The notes under the pieces are model-generated. The model saw only the letters and a program-made list of their open reading frames with translations. It was not told the origin of the DNA and searched no databases. From the NCBI GenBank assembly GCA_913059105.1, contig CAJXRL010000001.1, positions 1 to 47,525 on the forward strand: a stretch of 47,525 nt of DNA. Direction: 5' to 3'. Positions 19,329-29,400 of the stretch are shown here, piece after piece. The DNA comes from an uncultured Flavobacteriales bacterium (lineage in GTDB: Bacteria; Bacteroidota; Bacteroidia; Flavobacteriales_E; Vicingaceae). The number at the start of each line of letters is the position of its first letter. Within the stretch, counting starts at the first letter, position 1. The position numbers and the translations under genes are program-made.

Positions 19329-20882
19329 ATGACGAAGATAAGAATCCTATGGGCAGATGACGAAATTGCTCTTTTAAAACCACACATCATTTTTTTAGAG
19401 GCTAAAAATTACGAAGTAACACCTGCAACTAGTGGAGATGAGGCGTTGGATTTGATTGAAGAGAATCGGTATGATTTGGTTTTTTTAGATGAAAATATGC
19501 CTGGCCTATCTGGTCTTGAAACCTTAACTAAAATCAAGACAATGAGTCCTTCTTTACCGGTAATTATGATTACCAAAAGTGAAGAGGAATCCATCATGGA
19601 GGATGCTATTGGGGCAAAAATATCAGATTATTTAATTAAGCCGGTCAATCCGAATCAGATTTTGATGACGATTAAAAAGCATATTGATACTGCTCGTTTG
19701 GTGAGTGAAAAAACTAACATTGGCTATCAACAAGATTTTCGAAACATCGGGATGAGCCTTCATAACAATATGGATTATGAAGATTGGGAAGAGGTGTATA
19801 AGAAGTTGATTTACTGGGAACTTGAATTGGAGAAGTCAGAAGATACAGGGATGTCAGAAATTCTGAATACACAAAAAGAGGAAGCAGGTAATTTATTCGC
19901 CCGTTTTGTTGAGGATAATTATTTGGATTGGATAGAATATCCTGAAGAAGCTCCTTTGATGTCGCACAATGTGTTTAAAGAAAAAGTAAATCCATTAATT
20001 CAAAAAGAGGGATCAACTTTTTTAATTGTAATAGATAATTTGCGATTAGATCAATGGTATTTATTGAAACCACAGATTGAGGAAATGTTTTGGATTGATA
20101 AGGAGGAAACATACATGAGTATTCTTCCAACTACCACTCAATATGCTCGAAATGCCTTGTTTGCTGGACTGATGCCATTAGACATTGAAAAAATGTATCC
20201 GAAACTATGGTTGAATGACCAAGATGAAGGAGGCAAGAATATGAATGAACAAGAGTTGATAGGACATCAGCTAAAACGATTGGGCAAGGATACAAGGTTT
20301 GCTTATAACAAAGTGCTGAATCCAAACTATGGAAGAAAAGTGGTTAGCGAGATACCCAATCAGATGAATAATGCATTTAACGTAATAGTTTACAATTTCA
20401 TCGACATGTTATCTCATGCCCGAACCGATACAGATATTATAAAGGAATTGGCTGAAGATGAGGCGGCATACCGTTCATTGACCATGTCTTGGTTTGATCA
20501 TTCGCCATTAAAAGAAGCCTTGAAAGAAATTGCAGCACGAGGAGGGAAAGTTGTAATTACCACCGACCATGGGTCGATAAGAGTAAAAGAGCCTTCAAAA
20601 GTTATAGGAGATAAAACAGTGAACAATAATTTGAGATATAAGCAAGGTAAAAATTTGACGTATGATGCAGATGATGTGTTAGCAATTACCAAACCTGAGT
20701 TGGCTAGATTGCCAAAAGTGAATGTCAGTCAGTCGTTTATTTTTGCAAAAGGAGATGCTTTTTTCGCTTATCCAAATAACTATAATCACTATGTAAGTTA
20801 CTACAAGGATACTTTTCAGCATGGTGGTATATCTATGGAAGAGATGATGATTCCGATTATTCAGCTTTCGCCTAAAAAGTAG
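19329..20882 (+). CDS. porX: PorX-type response regulator (CheY receiver + PglZ/alkaline-phosphatase-like domain)
   Basis: Receiver domain (ILWADDE, DLVFLDENMPGLSG, ITKS, LIKP). C-terminal PglZ-type domain (NFIDMLSHAR, TTDHGS, QHGGIS). The track ORF begins at a TTG at 19308. The in-frame ATG at 19329 (MTKIRILWADDE) is the likelier start. Confidence 0.8.
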   Translation: MTKIRILWADDEIALLKPHIIFLEAKNYEVTPATSGDEALDLIEENRYDLVFLDENMPGLSGLETLTKIKTMSPSLPVIMITKSEEESIMEDAIGAKISDYLIKPVNPNQILMTIKKHIDTARLVSEKTNIGYQQDFRNIGMSLHNNMDYEDWEEVYKKLIYWELELEKSEDTGMSEILNTQKEEAGNLFARFVEDNYLDWIEYPEEAPLMSHNVFKEKVNPLIQKEGSTFLIVIDNLRLDQWYLLKPQIEEMFWIDKEETYMSILPTTTQYARNALFAGLMPLDIEKMYPKLWLNDQDEGGKNMNEQELIGHQLKRLGKDTRFAYNKVLNPNYGRKVVSEIPNQMNNAFNVIVYNFIDMLSHARTDTDIIKELAEDEAAYRSLTMSWFDHSPLKEALKEIAARGGKVVITTDHGSIRVKEPSKVIGDKTVNNNLRYKQGKNLTYDADDVLAITKPELARLPKVNVSQSFIFAKGDAFFAYPNNYNHYVSYYKDTFQHGGISMEEMMIPIIQLSPKK

Positions 20883-20888
20883 CAGTCT

Positions 20889-21305
20889 ATGAAAATTCTA
20901 GCGACTGAAAACGAATTGGGTAAGGTTTCTCGAGTCCTAATTGCTTTTGCAAAAGAATATAGAATTGTCGCATTTAGAGGAGATTTAGGTGCAGGCAAGA
21001 CTACGCTAATCAAAAATATGTGTAACTTTCTGGGAGTAAAAGATAATGTTACTTCTCCAACATTTTCAATTGTAAATGAGTATGAATCAGCTGATAAGCA
21101 ACGTGTTTATCATTTCGACTTCTATCGTTTAGAGTCTGAAGAAGAGGCTTTTGACATGGGAATAGAAGATTATTTTTACGGAGAGAATCTTTGTCTAATT
21201 GAATGGCCATCAAAAGTAGAAAATTTGTTGCCAGAGAAAAGACTTGAAGTTCACATATCGATTGCTAAAGAAGGACGGGAGTTCATCATTAACGAAATCA
21301 ATTAA
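20889..21305 (+). CDS. tsaE: tRNA threonylcarbamoyladenosine (t6A) biosynthesis protein TsaE
   Basis: P-loop GDLGAGKTTLIK, SPTFSIVNEY and HFDFYRL motifs. Length is 138 aa. Confidence 0.85.
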   Translation: MKILATENELGKVSRVLIAFAKEYRIVAFRGDLGAGKTTLIKNMCNFLGVKDNVTSPTFSIVNEYESADKQRVYHFDFYRLESEEEAFDMGIEDYFYGENLCLIEWPSKVENLLPEKRLEVHISIAKEGREFIINEIN

Positions 21306-22522
21306 TGTCTGAAGACGTAGTAAAATCATTGGCTCAGGCCGCAACTAGAATGCTTCCTCAAGAGCAGTTAGAAGCTGTTCCTACAAAGAGCAATAGCTTG
21401 TTTATCGGTGTTCCAAAAGAAACCTCATTGCAGGAGCGGAGGGTTCCGCTGGTACCTCAGGATGTTGAGCTTCTTGTAAACAATGGTCACGAAGTGCTTA
21501 TTGAGTCAAAGGCGGGGGAAAAAGCAAATTTTTCGGATAACGATTATAGCGAAGCCGGGGCTCAAATTGCATACGACACAAAAGCAGTGTATAAAGCTGA
21601 CATTATATTAAAGGTGGAGCCACTTTCGCCTGACGAATTAGATTTAATGCAACAGGGGCAGACTTTAATTTCTGCTTTGCAATTACCTGTTCAACCTAAG
21701 GATTTTTTAAAGAAATTGATTGAAAAGAGGGTGACTGCTATTGCCTATGATTACATAAGAGATAATACCGGCAGTTTACCTGTTATACGGGCAATGAGTG
21801 AAATTGCAGGTAATAGTTCTATTTTAATTGCCGCAGAATATTTAAGCAATGTCAATGGAGGTAAGGGTTTGATGATGGGAGGAATTTCTGGAGTGAAACC
21901 AACTGAAGTAGTCATTTTTGGAGCAGGAGCTGTAGCTGAATTTGCAACTAGAGCAGCGCTAGGTTTAGGGGCTTCAGTAAAAGTGTTCAGCAATAATACC
22001 TCTAAATTAAGGCGATTACAAGATGTGGTAGGAAGAAGAGTGTACACCTCTACGCTGCAACCAAAAGTAATCGCAAATGCGTTAAAGCATGCAGATGTTG
22101 CCATCGGGGCTATGCGTTCTCCAAGGAGTCGTTCTCCAATTATTGTGACTGAAGAAATGGTGCAAAGTATGCCGGAAGGTTCTGTAATTGTTGACATTAG
22201 TATTGATCAAGGCGGGTGTTTCGAAACTTCTCGAGTAACAACTCATGCTAACCCAACCTATAATTTACACGGAGTGATTCATTATTGCGTTCCAAACATT
22301 CCTTCCAGGTCTGCGAGAACTGCGTCCTACGCTTTGAGTAATATTTTTGCACCTGTAATTATTGAATTAGGAGATGGCGGAGGAATTGATCATTGCATTC
22401 GAAAAATTTTATCTGTTCGTTCCGGAATTTATCTTTACAAAGGCATGTTAACGAATCCATTTTTGGCAGAAGAATTTGGTTTACCGTACAAAGATTTAGA
22501 TTTGCTATTGGCGGCGTATTAA
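21305..22522 (+). CDS. Alanine dehydrogenase / PNT family NAD(H)-dependent dehydrogenase
   Basis: AlaDH/PNT N-terminal domain (VPKE....ERRVPLVP) and Rossmann motif VVIFGAGAVAEFA, plus VIVDISIDQGG. At 405 aa it is somewhat longer than the canonical Ald as I recall it (about 370 aa). Confidence 0.8.
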   Translation: MSEDVVKSLAQAATRMLPQEQLEAVPTKSNSLFIGVPKETSLQERRVPLVPQDVELLVNNGHEVLIESKAGEKANFSDNDYSEAGAQIAYDTKAVYKADIILKVEPLSPDELDLMQQGQTLISALQLPVQPKDFLKKLIEKRVTAIAYDYIRDNTGSLPVIRAMSEIAGNSSILIAAEYLSNVNGGKGLMMGGISGVKPTEVVIFGAGAVAEFATRAALGLGASVKVFSNNTSKLRRLQDVVGRRVYTSTLQPKVIANALKHADVAIGAMRSPRSRSPIIVTEEMVQSMPEGSVIVDISIDQGGCFETSRVTTHANPTYNLHGVIHYCVPNIPSRSARTASYALSNIFAPVIIELGDGGGIDHCIRKILSVRSGIYLYKGMLTNPFLAEEFGLPYKDLDLLLAAY

Positions 22523-22571
22523 ATAGTATTAATAAGTGAGATTTAATGCACATTCAACTTAATTTTACCAC

Positions 22572-22964
22572 ATGACATTTTGGAGAAGATTTAGAACTTA
22601 TTTAATAGGCGTTGGCCTTGGATTACTTATTGTGTATGTGATCTTTGGAGACCGAGAATTAAATACTTGGACGCCAGAAAAGCGAATAATGACAACTATT
22701 GATAGTTCAGCAGTTAGCATTTCGACAAGAGCTGAATGCCAGTTAAAGTGTTTGGACCTAGAAGATAAAAAGTGGGTAGAGATTCAACAAGCTTCCGATA
22801 TTAACTTTTCTGAAAGTAATACGCAGAAGAAACCTTGTCCAGTTTATCGCTTAGAAAACAATTCAGACAAAGGCGAATTTACCATGATGTGGAAAGTTTG
22901 TGAAAATGAAGAAAAAGTAGAATTATTGAGCGTTTCGAAAAAAGGGAAAGTTTGTGAGTGCTAA
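22572..22964 (+). CDS. Hypothetical membrane-anchored Cys-containing protein
   Basis: One N-terminal TM (TYLIGVGLGLLIVYVIF). The soluble part has 6 Cys (CQLKC, CPVY, VCEN, VCEC). I recognise no family. Confidence 0.4.
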   Translation: MTFWRRFRTYLIGVGLGLLIVYVIFGDRELNTWTPEKRIMTTIDSSAVSISTRAECQLKCLDLEDKKWVEIQQASDINFSESNTQKKPCPVYRLENNSDKGEFTMMWKVCENEEKVELLSVSKKGKVCEC

Positions 22965-23338
22965 GCTGAAGAGCATAAATTGCAGAACCCATTAATTAAT
23001 CCATTGAAATTTTCAATGACGTAGCCATTAGGCAGCGAAATGTTTATTTCACTTTCAAAACACTCTACTTTTTCGCAAGTGTTACATTGAAAGTGCAAGT
23101 GATTGTGATGGTGTTCCTCCGCTTCACAGTCTTTACAAAGTGCAAAAAATTGCTTGCCATTTTCAGCAATTATTCGGTGAGCAATGCCATCTTCGCAAAA
23201 TTGATTTAGTATTCTATAGATGGTTGCCCTGTTAATATCATCAATCTGATTTGCAATTTTTTCGTGACTTGTAGCATAGTCTTGCGATTTTAAGATGGCG
23301 AGAATCTTCTCTTTTGATGGGGTTTTTCTTCTTTTCAT
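22961..23338 (-). CDS. Fur family transcriptional regulator (Zur/Fur-like metal sensor)
   Basis: Winged-helix region RATIYRILNQFCEDGIAHRI. Metal-site residues EEHHHNHLHFQCNTCEKVEC and a C-terminal CNLC. The track ORF starts at a TTG at 23371. The ATG at 23338 (MKRRKTPSKEKIL) is more plausible and leaves room for the divergent promoter. Confidence 0.8.
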   Translation of the reverse strand: MKRRKTPSKEKILAILKSQDYATSHEKIANQIDDINRATIYRILNQFCEDGIAHRIIAENGKQFFALCKDCEAEEHHHNHLHFQCNTCEKVECFESEINISLPNGYVIENFNGLINGFCNLCSSA

Positions 23339-23357
23339 AAATATTGTTGCGACTATG

Positions 23358-23387
23358 TTGCAATAGTACAAATATTTTATATATTTG
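23358..23387 (+). promoter_or_regulatory. Candidate Bacteroidota promoter (-33 TTG, 19-nt spacer, -7 TATATTTG) for the lipoprotein/TonB-receptor operon
   Basis: TTG at 23358-23360 and TATATTTG (TAnnTTTG) at 23380-23387, 30 nt upstream of the ATG at 23418. It lies in the region shared with the divergent Fur-family gene. Confidence 0.35.
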
Positions 23388-23417
23388 CAAAAATTTTAAA
23401 CGATAAAACTCAAAATT

Positions 23418-23981
23418 ATGAAATCAAAATTGTTGTATGTGTTTATTGCGATGGCATTATTTGCCTGTAAAGATGATGAAGGAGATAAACCTGTAACCCC
23501 AGAAATTCCAAATGAGGAAGAAGTAATTACTACAGTTCGTTATACATTAACTCCATCCACTGGAGGGACGGCTAAAGTTTTTCAATTTCAAGATTTAGAT
23601 GGCGATGGGGGAAATGCTCCTATTATTTCTGGTGACACATTAGATCTAAATGTAACTTATACCGGGTCAATTGAATTTTTGAATGAATTGGAATCTCCTG
23701 CAGACGATATTACAGAAGAGGTATTAGCAGAGGGAGATGAGCATCAAGTATTTTACCAGGTTACTTCAGGTGATTTTGTAATTACTTATACGGATCAAGA
23801 TAGCAACGGAAATCCAATCGGTTTAACAACAACTTTTGAGTCAAAAACCATGGGTGGTAATTTAAAAGTAGTTCTTCGTCATGAGCCGGTTAAAGGTGCT
23901 GTGGGAGTTAGCGGAGGAGACATAACAAACGCAGGTGGTGAAACTGATATTGAAGTAGTCTTTCCCGTGAATGTTAGGTAG
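23418..23981 (+). CDS. Acidic lipoprotein of unknown function, co-transcribed with a TonB-dependent receptor
   Basis: Lipoprotein signal peptide with lipobox LFAC (Cys17), and an Asp/Glu/Gly-rich mature protein. Its 3' end overlaps the receptor start by 11 nt. Confidence 0.6.
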   Translation: MKSKLLYVFIAMALFACKDDEGDKPVTPEIPNEEEVITTVRYTLTPSTGGTAKVFQFQDLDGDGGNAPIISGDTLDLNVTYTGSIEFLNELESPADDITEEVLAEGDEHQVFYQVTSGDFVITYTDQDSNGNPIGLTTTFESKTMGGNLKVVLRHEPVKGAVGVSGGDITNAGGETDIEVVFPVNVR

Positions 23982-26280
23982 AGGATTAATTTTCATTTTA
24001 CTTTTTTTTATGATAATTAGCTCGCATGCTCAAACATGTGAGTTAACTATTTTGGGGAAAGTTGTGGATCAACACAATCAAAAGCCAATTGAGTTTGCTT
24101 CGGTATATGTGAAGGAACTAGTAAAAGGTACCATTTCTGATAGTTTAGGAAATTTCAAAATCAAAGGCCTTTGTGCGGGAGATTATCATTTAGTGGTTAG
24201 TCATATTGGTTGTGAAACTCAGAATGTATACTTTCATTTAGCAGCTGACACGGTTTGGACAATATACGTGGAACACAGCAGTCAATTGTTGAATGAGGTG
24301 ACTGTGCAAGAGCATGTTCAAGAATCTCAAAGCCAAGAAGTCGAGGTGATTGGCTCGAAAGAAATGAATCAGCAACTCTCAAAAAGTTTAGGTCAAACGT
24401 TAGAAAGTATTAGCGGAGTTTCTGCTATAAAAAATGGCAATGGAGTTGCAAAGCCTGTTGTGCATGGTTTGTACGGTAACCGCTTAACTATTTTGAATAA
24501 TGGAATTGCTCAAAGTGGACAACAATGGGGAATCGATCATGCGCCAGAAATAGACCCCTTGTTAGCCAATAAAATTACTGTTGTAAAAGGTGTTGGGGCA
24601 ATCGAATTTATGGGCAATAGCCTAGGTAGTGTTATTCTGGTTGAGCCTAAAAAAATAGAGAAAGATCCTCACCTGCATGGCAAGGCACGGTACTTTTTCA
24701 ATTCAAATGGATTGGGTAATGGAATAAATGTAGAATTACAACAACACCATAAATGGTTGGCTTGGAAAGTTAATGGCACGTTAAAGAAAAGTGGAGATGC
24801 GCATACACCAGATTACTTTTTGACCAACACCGGTATTGAAGAATATAACTTTTCGGCAGAATTGGAAAAGCAAATCACAACTAAATGGTCAGCCGATGTA
24901 TATTACAGTTCATTCAATACACAAATCGGAATTTTGCGTGGTTCTCATGTGGGTAATTTAACTGACCTACAAGCTGCTTTTGAAAGTGAAGAACCATTCT
25001 TTACACAATCTGATTTCTCTTATGATATTAATAATCCGCGGCAAGAGGTGAATCATCATTTATTAAAAGTGAGTTCTAAATACTTGCTATCAGAACAAGC
25101 TTGGGTAGAAGTTGTGTATGCCAAACAAATAAATAACAGAAAAGAGTTTGATATAAGAAGAGGTGGCAGAGACGATAAGCCCGCGCTGAGTTTGGAGCAA
25201 GAAAGTGATTTTTTCGAGACAAAATTTCATTACTATTTTAAGAACGAGTGGCATTTGAAAACCGGAATTCAATTGAATCGAGTGAACAATGTGAATGTGC
25301 CTGAAACAGGAATTTTGCCTTTGATTCCAAATTACTTGACAGAGGAGCGGGGTACATTTTTAATTATTGCAAAGTCTTACCATAAGTTGAACTTAGAGTT
25401 CGGTGCACGAGTGGAAGAAGAGGCTCGAAAGGTGGCAAGTATTTCAAATACGGTGCCTCGTGAGCTGCTCTTCTTTGACAATAACTATTTGAATTATACC
25501 GCATCAGCTGGAATTCAATATGCTAGAAATGAGCATTTTTCAATGAATTACAATGTGGGTCTAGCCACTCGAAATCCTGAGGTAAATGAATTGTATAGCA
25601 ATGGCCTTCATCAGGGGGTGAGTGGAATAGAAGAAGGAGATGTCAACTTAAACTCCGAAAAAGCGATCAAGAATACCTTATCATTTGCTGCTAAGACCAA
25701 AGATAAATTTTTCGCTGAGGTATTGTTGTATCACCAATACATTCAAGATTACATTTATTTACAAGCTCAAGACGATTTTCGCTTGACCATAAGAGGTGCT
25801 TTCCCGGTGTTTAAATACGAGCAAACTGATGCTCAAATTTATGGATTAGACTTTGTGACCAAGTATCAAATTAACGAAAAGTGGTTAACAGAGTTGAACT
25901 ATAGCTTTATTCGAGGAAATGAGATTGAAAATGGTATTTCTTTAATTAACCTGCCGAGTAATTCAATAGTTTCTGCCACCAGTCTGCAGTTACCGCAATT
26001 TAAATCTTTGAAGAATGTAGAGCTTCAAATGCTGCACCGTTATGTTTTTGAGCAACGAAACATAACTGAAAATCAAGATTTTGTAGCTCCTCCAAAAGGG
26101 TATTATTTGTTGGGTTTTAGGGCTTCTGCTGAGCGACAATTCAAAAGCATAAGGGTCGAGGGGCATTTGGGAGTTGAGAATACCTTGAATGCAACCTACC
26201 GAGATTACTTGAACCGCCAGCGCTACTTTGCCGATGAATTGGGGCGAAATTTTACGGTTGGATTGGTGGTTAAGTTTTAA
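23971..26280 (+). CDS. TonB-dependent outer-membrane receptor with N-terminal carboxypeptidase-regulatory-like domain
   Basis: Signal peptide, CarboxypepD_reg-like beta-sandwich (ILGKVVD....PIEFASVYV......SDSLGNFKI), plug domain (AKPVVHGLYGNRLTILNNGI), a long beta-barrel and a terminal aromatic residue (..LVVKF). Confidence 0.9.
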   Translation: MLGRGLIFILLFFMIISSHAQTCELTILGKVVDQHNQKPIEFASVYVKELVKGTISDSLGNFKIKGLCAGDYHLVVSHIGCETQNVYFHLAADTVWTIYVEHSSQLLNEVTVQEHVQESQSQEVEVIGSKEMNQQLSKSLGQTLESISGVSAIKNGNGVAKPVVHGLYGNRLTILNNGIAQSGQQWGIDHAPEIDPLLANKITVVKGVGAIEFMGNSLGSVILVEPKKIEKDPHLHGKARYFFNSNGLGNGINVELQQHHKWLAWKVNGTLKKSGDAHTPDYFLTNTGIEEYNFSAELEKQITTKWSADVYYSSFNTQIGILRGSHVGNLTDLQAAFESEEPFFTQSDFSYDINNPRQEVNHHLLKVSSKYLLSEQAWVEVVYAKQINNRKEFDIRRGGRDDKPALSLEQESDFFETKFHYYFKNEWHLKTGIQLNRVNNVNVPETGILPLIPNYLTEERGTFLIIAKSYHKLNLEFGARVEEEARKVASISNTVPRELLFFDNNYLNYTASAGIQYARNEHFSMNYNVGLATRNPEVNELYSNGLHQGVSGIEEGDVNLNSEKAIKNTLSFAAKTKDKFFAEVLLYHQYIQDYIYLQAQDDFRLTIRGAFPVFKYEQTDAQIYGLDFVTKYQINEKWLTELNYSFIRGNEIENGISLINLPSNSIVSATSLQLPQFKSLKNVELQMLHRYVFEQRNITENQDFVAPPKGYYLLGFRASAERQFKSIRVEGHLGVENTLNATYRDYLNRQRYFADELGRNFTVGLVVKF

Positions 26281-26491
26281 CGATAAATGTTTGCTTTTAA
26301 TGCAAAGCAATAGGTTAAGAAAGACATTTAGAAATAACGGGACGAGTCGATTGTTTTAACGAGTTAGCTCAAAAAAGAGTGCACTCTAAGCTGATTCATT
26401 GGGATGCTAAAACCTACTTCAACGTAAATCTGTTTTTTCTTAAAACAAAAAACCATCACTCATCCTTTATACTTGTACTTTTACTCTTAGT

Positions 26492-29400
26492 ATGAAATTA
26501 GATGATTTGAAAAACCGCTATCAGAACGATAAGCGGGTTACCGCTATTGCGGAAAAGTTAAGGAATGACCCACTTTCTCACGTTCAATTGTTGGGCAGTG
26601 TGGGTAGTTTGAATGCATTTATTTCTTATGGAATCTCATTGAATTTGCCCATAAATCAATTCATTGTGCTGCCTGATAAAGAGGAGGCTGCTTACTTTTT
26701 GAACGACTTGGAAGCTTTAGTTGGTGAACGAGCTTTGTTCTACCCTTCATCTTATCGCAAGGCATACGAAATTGAAAAAACCGACAATGCCAATATTCAG
26801 TTAAGAGCTGAGGTATTGAATAAGATTAGCGCTAAGGAGCAGCAGTATTTTATAGTTTCGTACCCGGAAGCGCTTTCAGAATATGTGATTACGGAGAAAA
26901 ATCTTCAAAAAAACACCTTAGAAATTCACTTGAACGATTCGTTGAGTATTGAATTTTTGGTGGAAACTTTAAATGAATATCATTTCGAAAGGGTTGACTT
27001 TGTCGGGGATCCCGGTCAGTTTTCTGTAAGAGGAGGAATAATGGATATTTATTCTTTTGCCAATGAAAACCCTTATCGAATAGAATTTTTTGGGGATGAA
27101 ATTGACTCTATTCGGGTGTTTGATCCTGCTACTCAACTGTCGATTAAAAAATTGACCCGAATAGCGATTTTACCGAACGTACAGCAAAAAATACTGGAAG
27201 AAGCTCGAGTGCCAATTTTTCAGTTTATGCCAGACAACACTTTGTTTTGGTTTAAAGATTTTAGCATTTGCCGCGATAAAGTTGGAGAGCAGTTTACGCA
27301 GAATAAAGAAATATTTGACAAGCTAATGTCTCCGCTAAGTCACGTGCCGCCTGAAGAGTTATTTATTTCGAAAGATCAGTTTATTCGTGCTTCGGTGAGG
27401 TTAAATACCATTGAATTTGGTTCACAAACCTACTTTCAGCAAGATATGAAAGTTGAGTTTAAGAGTTCTCCTCAGCCAGCTTTTAATAAAAATTTTGAAC
27501 TTCTTAGTAAAGATTTAGCAGATAATACAGAAGCAGGGATTGATAATGTTTTAGTGGCAAACAACGCCAAACAAATTGAACGGCTTTATACCATTTTTGA
27601 AGACATCGGGAAAGAGCATGAAATGGAAACTATCTTGCTTTCTATTCACGAAGGTTTTGTGGACCATGAGCAGAAATTGGCAATATACACCGACCATCAA
27701 ATTTTTAACCGTTACCACAGGTTTAGATTAAAAGAAGGTTTCAAAAGGAAGGATCAAGCGATTACCCTCAAGGAATTACACAACTTAACTCCAGGTGATT
27801 TTATCGTTCACATTGATCATGGGGTAGGGAAGTTTTCAGGATTAGAGAAAATTACGACCAACGGAAAAACACAAGAGACGATTCGAATTCTTTACAGGAA
27901 TCAAGATATTTTATACATTTCAATTCATTCTCTACATCGAATCTCAAAATTTGTAGGAAAAGACGGAACACCTCCGTCAGTGGATAAATTGGGTTCCGAT
28001 ACGTGGAAAAAGCTGAAGGCAAAAACCAAGAAGAATGTAAAAATGGTAGCCTATGATTTAATTAAATTGTATGCTGAACGGAAGCAGAAAAAAGGCTTCG
28101 CTTTTGCACCGGATAATTATTTGCAAAATGAATTGGAAGCTTCCTTTTTATATGAAGATACGCCAGACCAATTCAAATCGACACAAGATGTGAAAGCCGA
28201 TATGGAAGCATCAACACCAATGGATCGATTGGTGTGTGGAGATGTGGGTTTTGGAAAAACAGAAGTTGCCATTCGAGCAGCTTTTAAAGCTGTTTGTGAC
28301 AGCAAGCAAGTTGCTATACTAGTGCCGACCACTATTCTGGCTTGGCAACATTTTCAAACCTTTAAATCTCGCTTGAAAGATTTTCCAGTGAAGGTAGATT
28401 ACATCAATCGTTTTAAAACCAAAAAGCAGCAAAAAGAAACCTTAGAAAAAGTAAATAGCGGAGAAGTTGATATCTTGATTGGCACGCATCGTATTGTTGG
28501 GAAAGATGTCAAGTTTAAAGATTTGGGCTTAATGATAATTGACGAAGAGCAGAAGTTTGGAGTAAGTGTGAAGGACAAATTAAAGTTGTTTAAAGTGAAT
28601 GTCGATACCTTGACGTTAACAGCCACACCAATTCCTAGAACATTGCAATTCTCGTTAATGAAAGCTCGAGATTTGTCAGTAATTAATACGCCTCCACCGA
28701 ACCGTCAACCAATTTTAACAGAGGTACGAACCTTTGATGAAGAGTTGATTCGAGATGCTATTGCCTATGAAATAAGCCGAGGAGGGCAGGTGTTTTTCAT
28801 TCATAACAGAGTTCAGAATATTAAAGAAGTAGCAGGAATGATTCAGCGTTTGGTGCCGGATGCTAGAGTGTTGACGGGACACGGGCAGCTGAAAGGCGAA
28901 GATTTAGAAGAGCGAATGATGAGTTTCATTAACCACGAATACGATGTGTTAGTCGCGACCACCATTATTGAAAGTGGATTAGATATTCCGAATGCAAATA
29001 CAATCATTATCAACAATTCAAATAATTTTGGATTGAGTGATTTGCACCAAATGAGAGGTCGGGTTGGGCGTTCCAATAAAAAGGCATTTTGTTATTTGTT
29101 GGCGCCGCCCATGATATCTTTAACGCCAGAAGCGAGAAAACGTTTGCAGGCGTTGGAGCAATTCTCTGACTTGGGAAGCGGCTTTCAAATTGCAATGAAA
29201 GATTTGGATATTCGTGGAGCAGGAAACTTACTTGGGGCAGAGCAAAGTGGCTTTATTTCTGAGATTGGCTTTGACATGTACCAGAAAATTTTGAATGAAG
29301 CCATTCAAGAATTAAAGGAAACGGAGTTCAAAGAAATGTACGACGAGCTACAAACTGCTTTTGTTCACGATTGCCAGATTGAAACCGATTTGGAAATTCT

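Noticed and set aside
26376-26387. Perfect 12-nt palindrome AGAGTGCACTCT upstream of mfd, considered as a possible operator.
   Set aside because: It is an isolated short palindrome with no second copy and no associated regulator. That is not enough to call a site.
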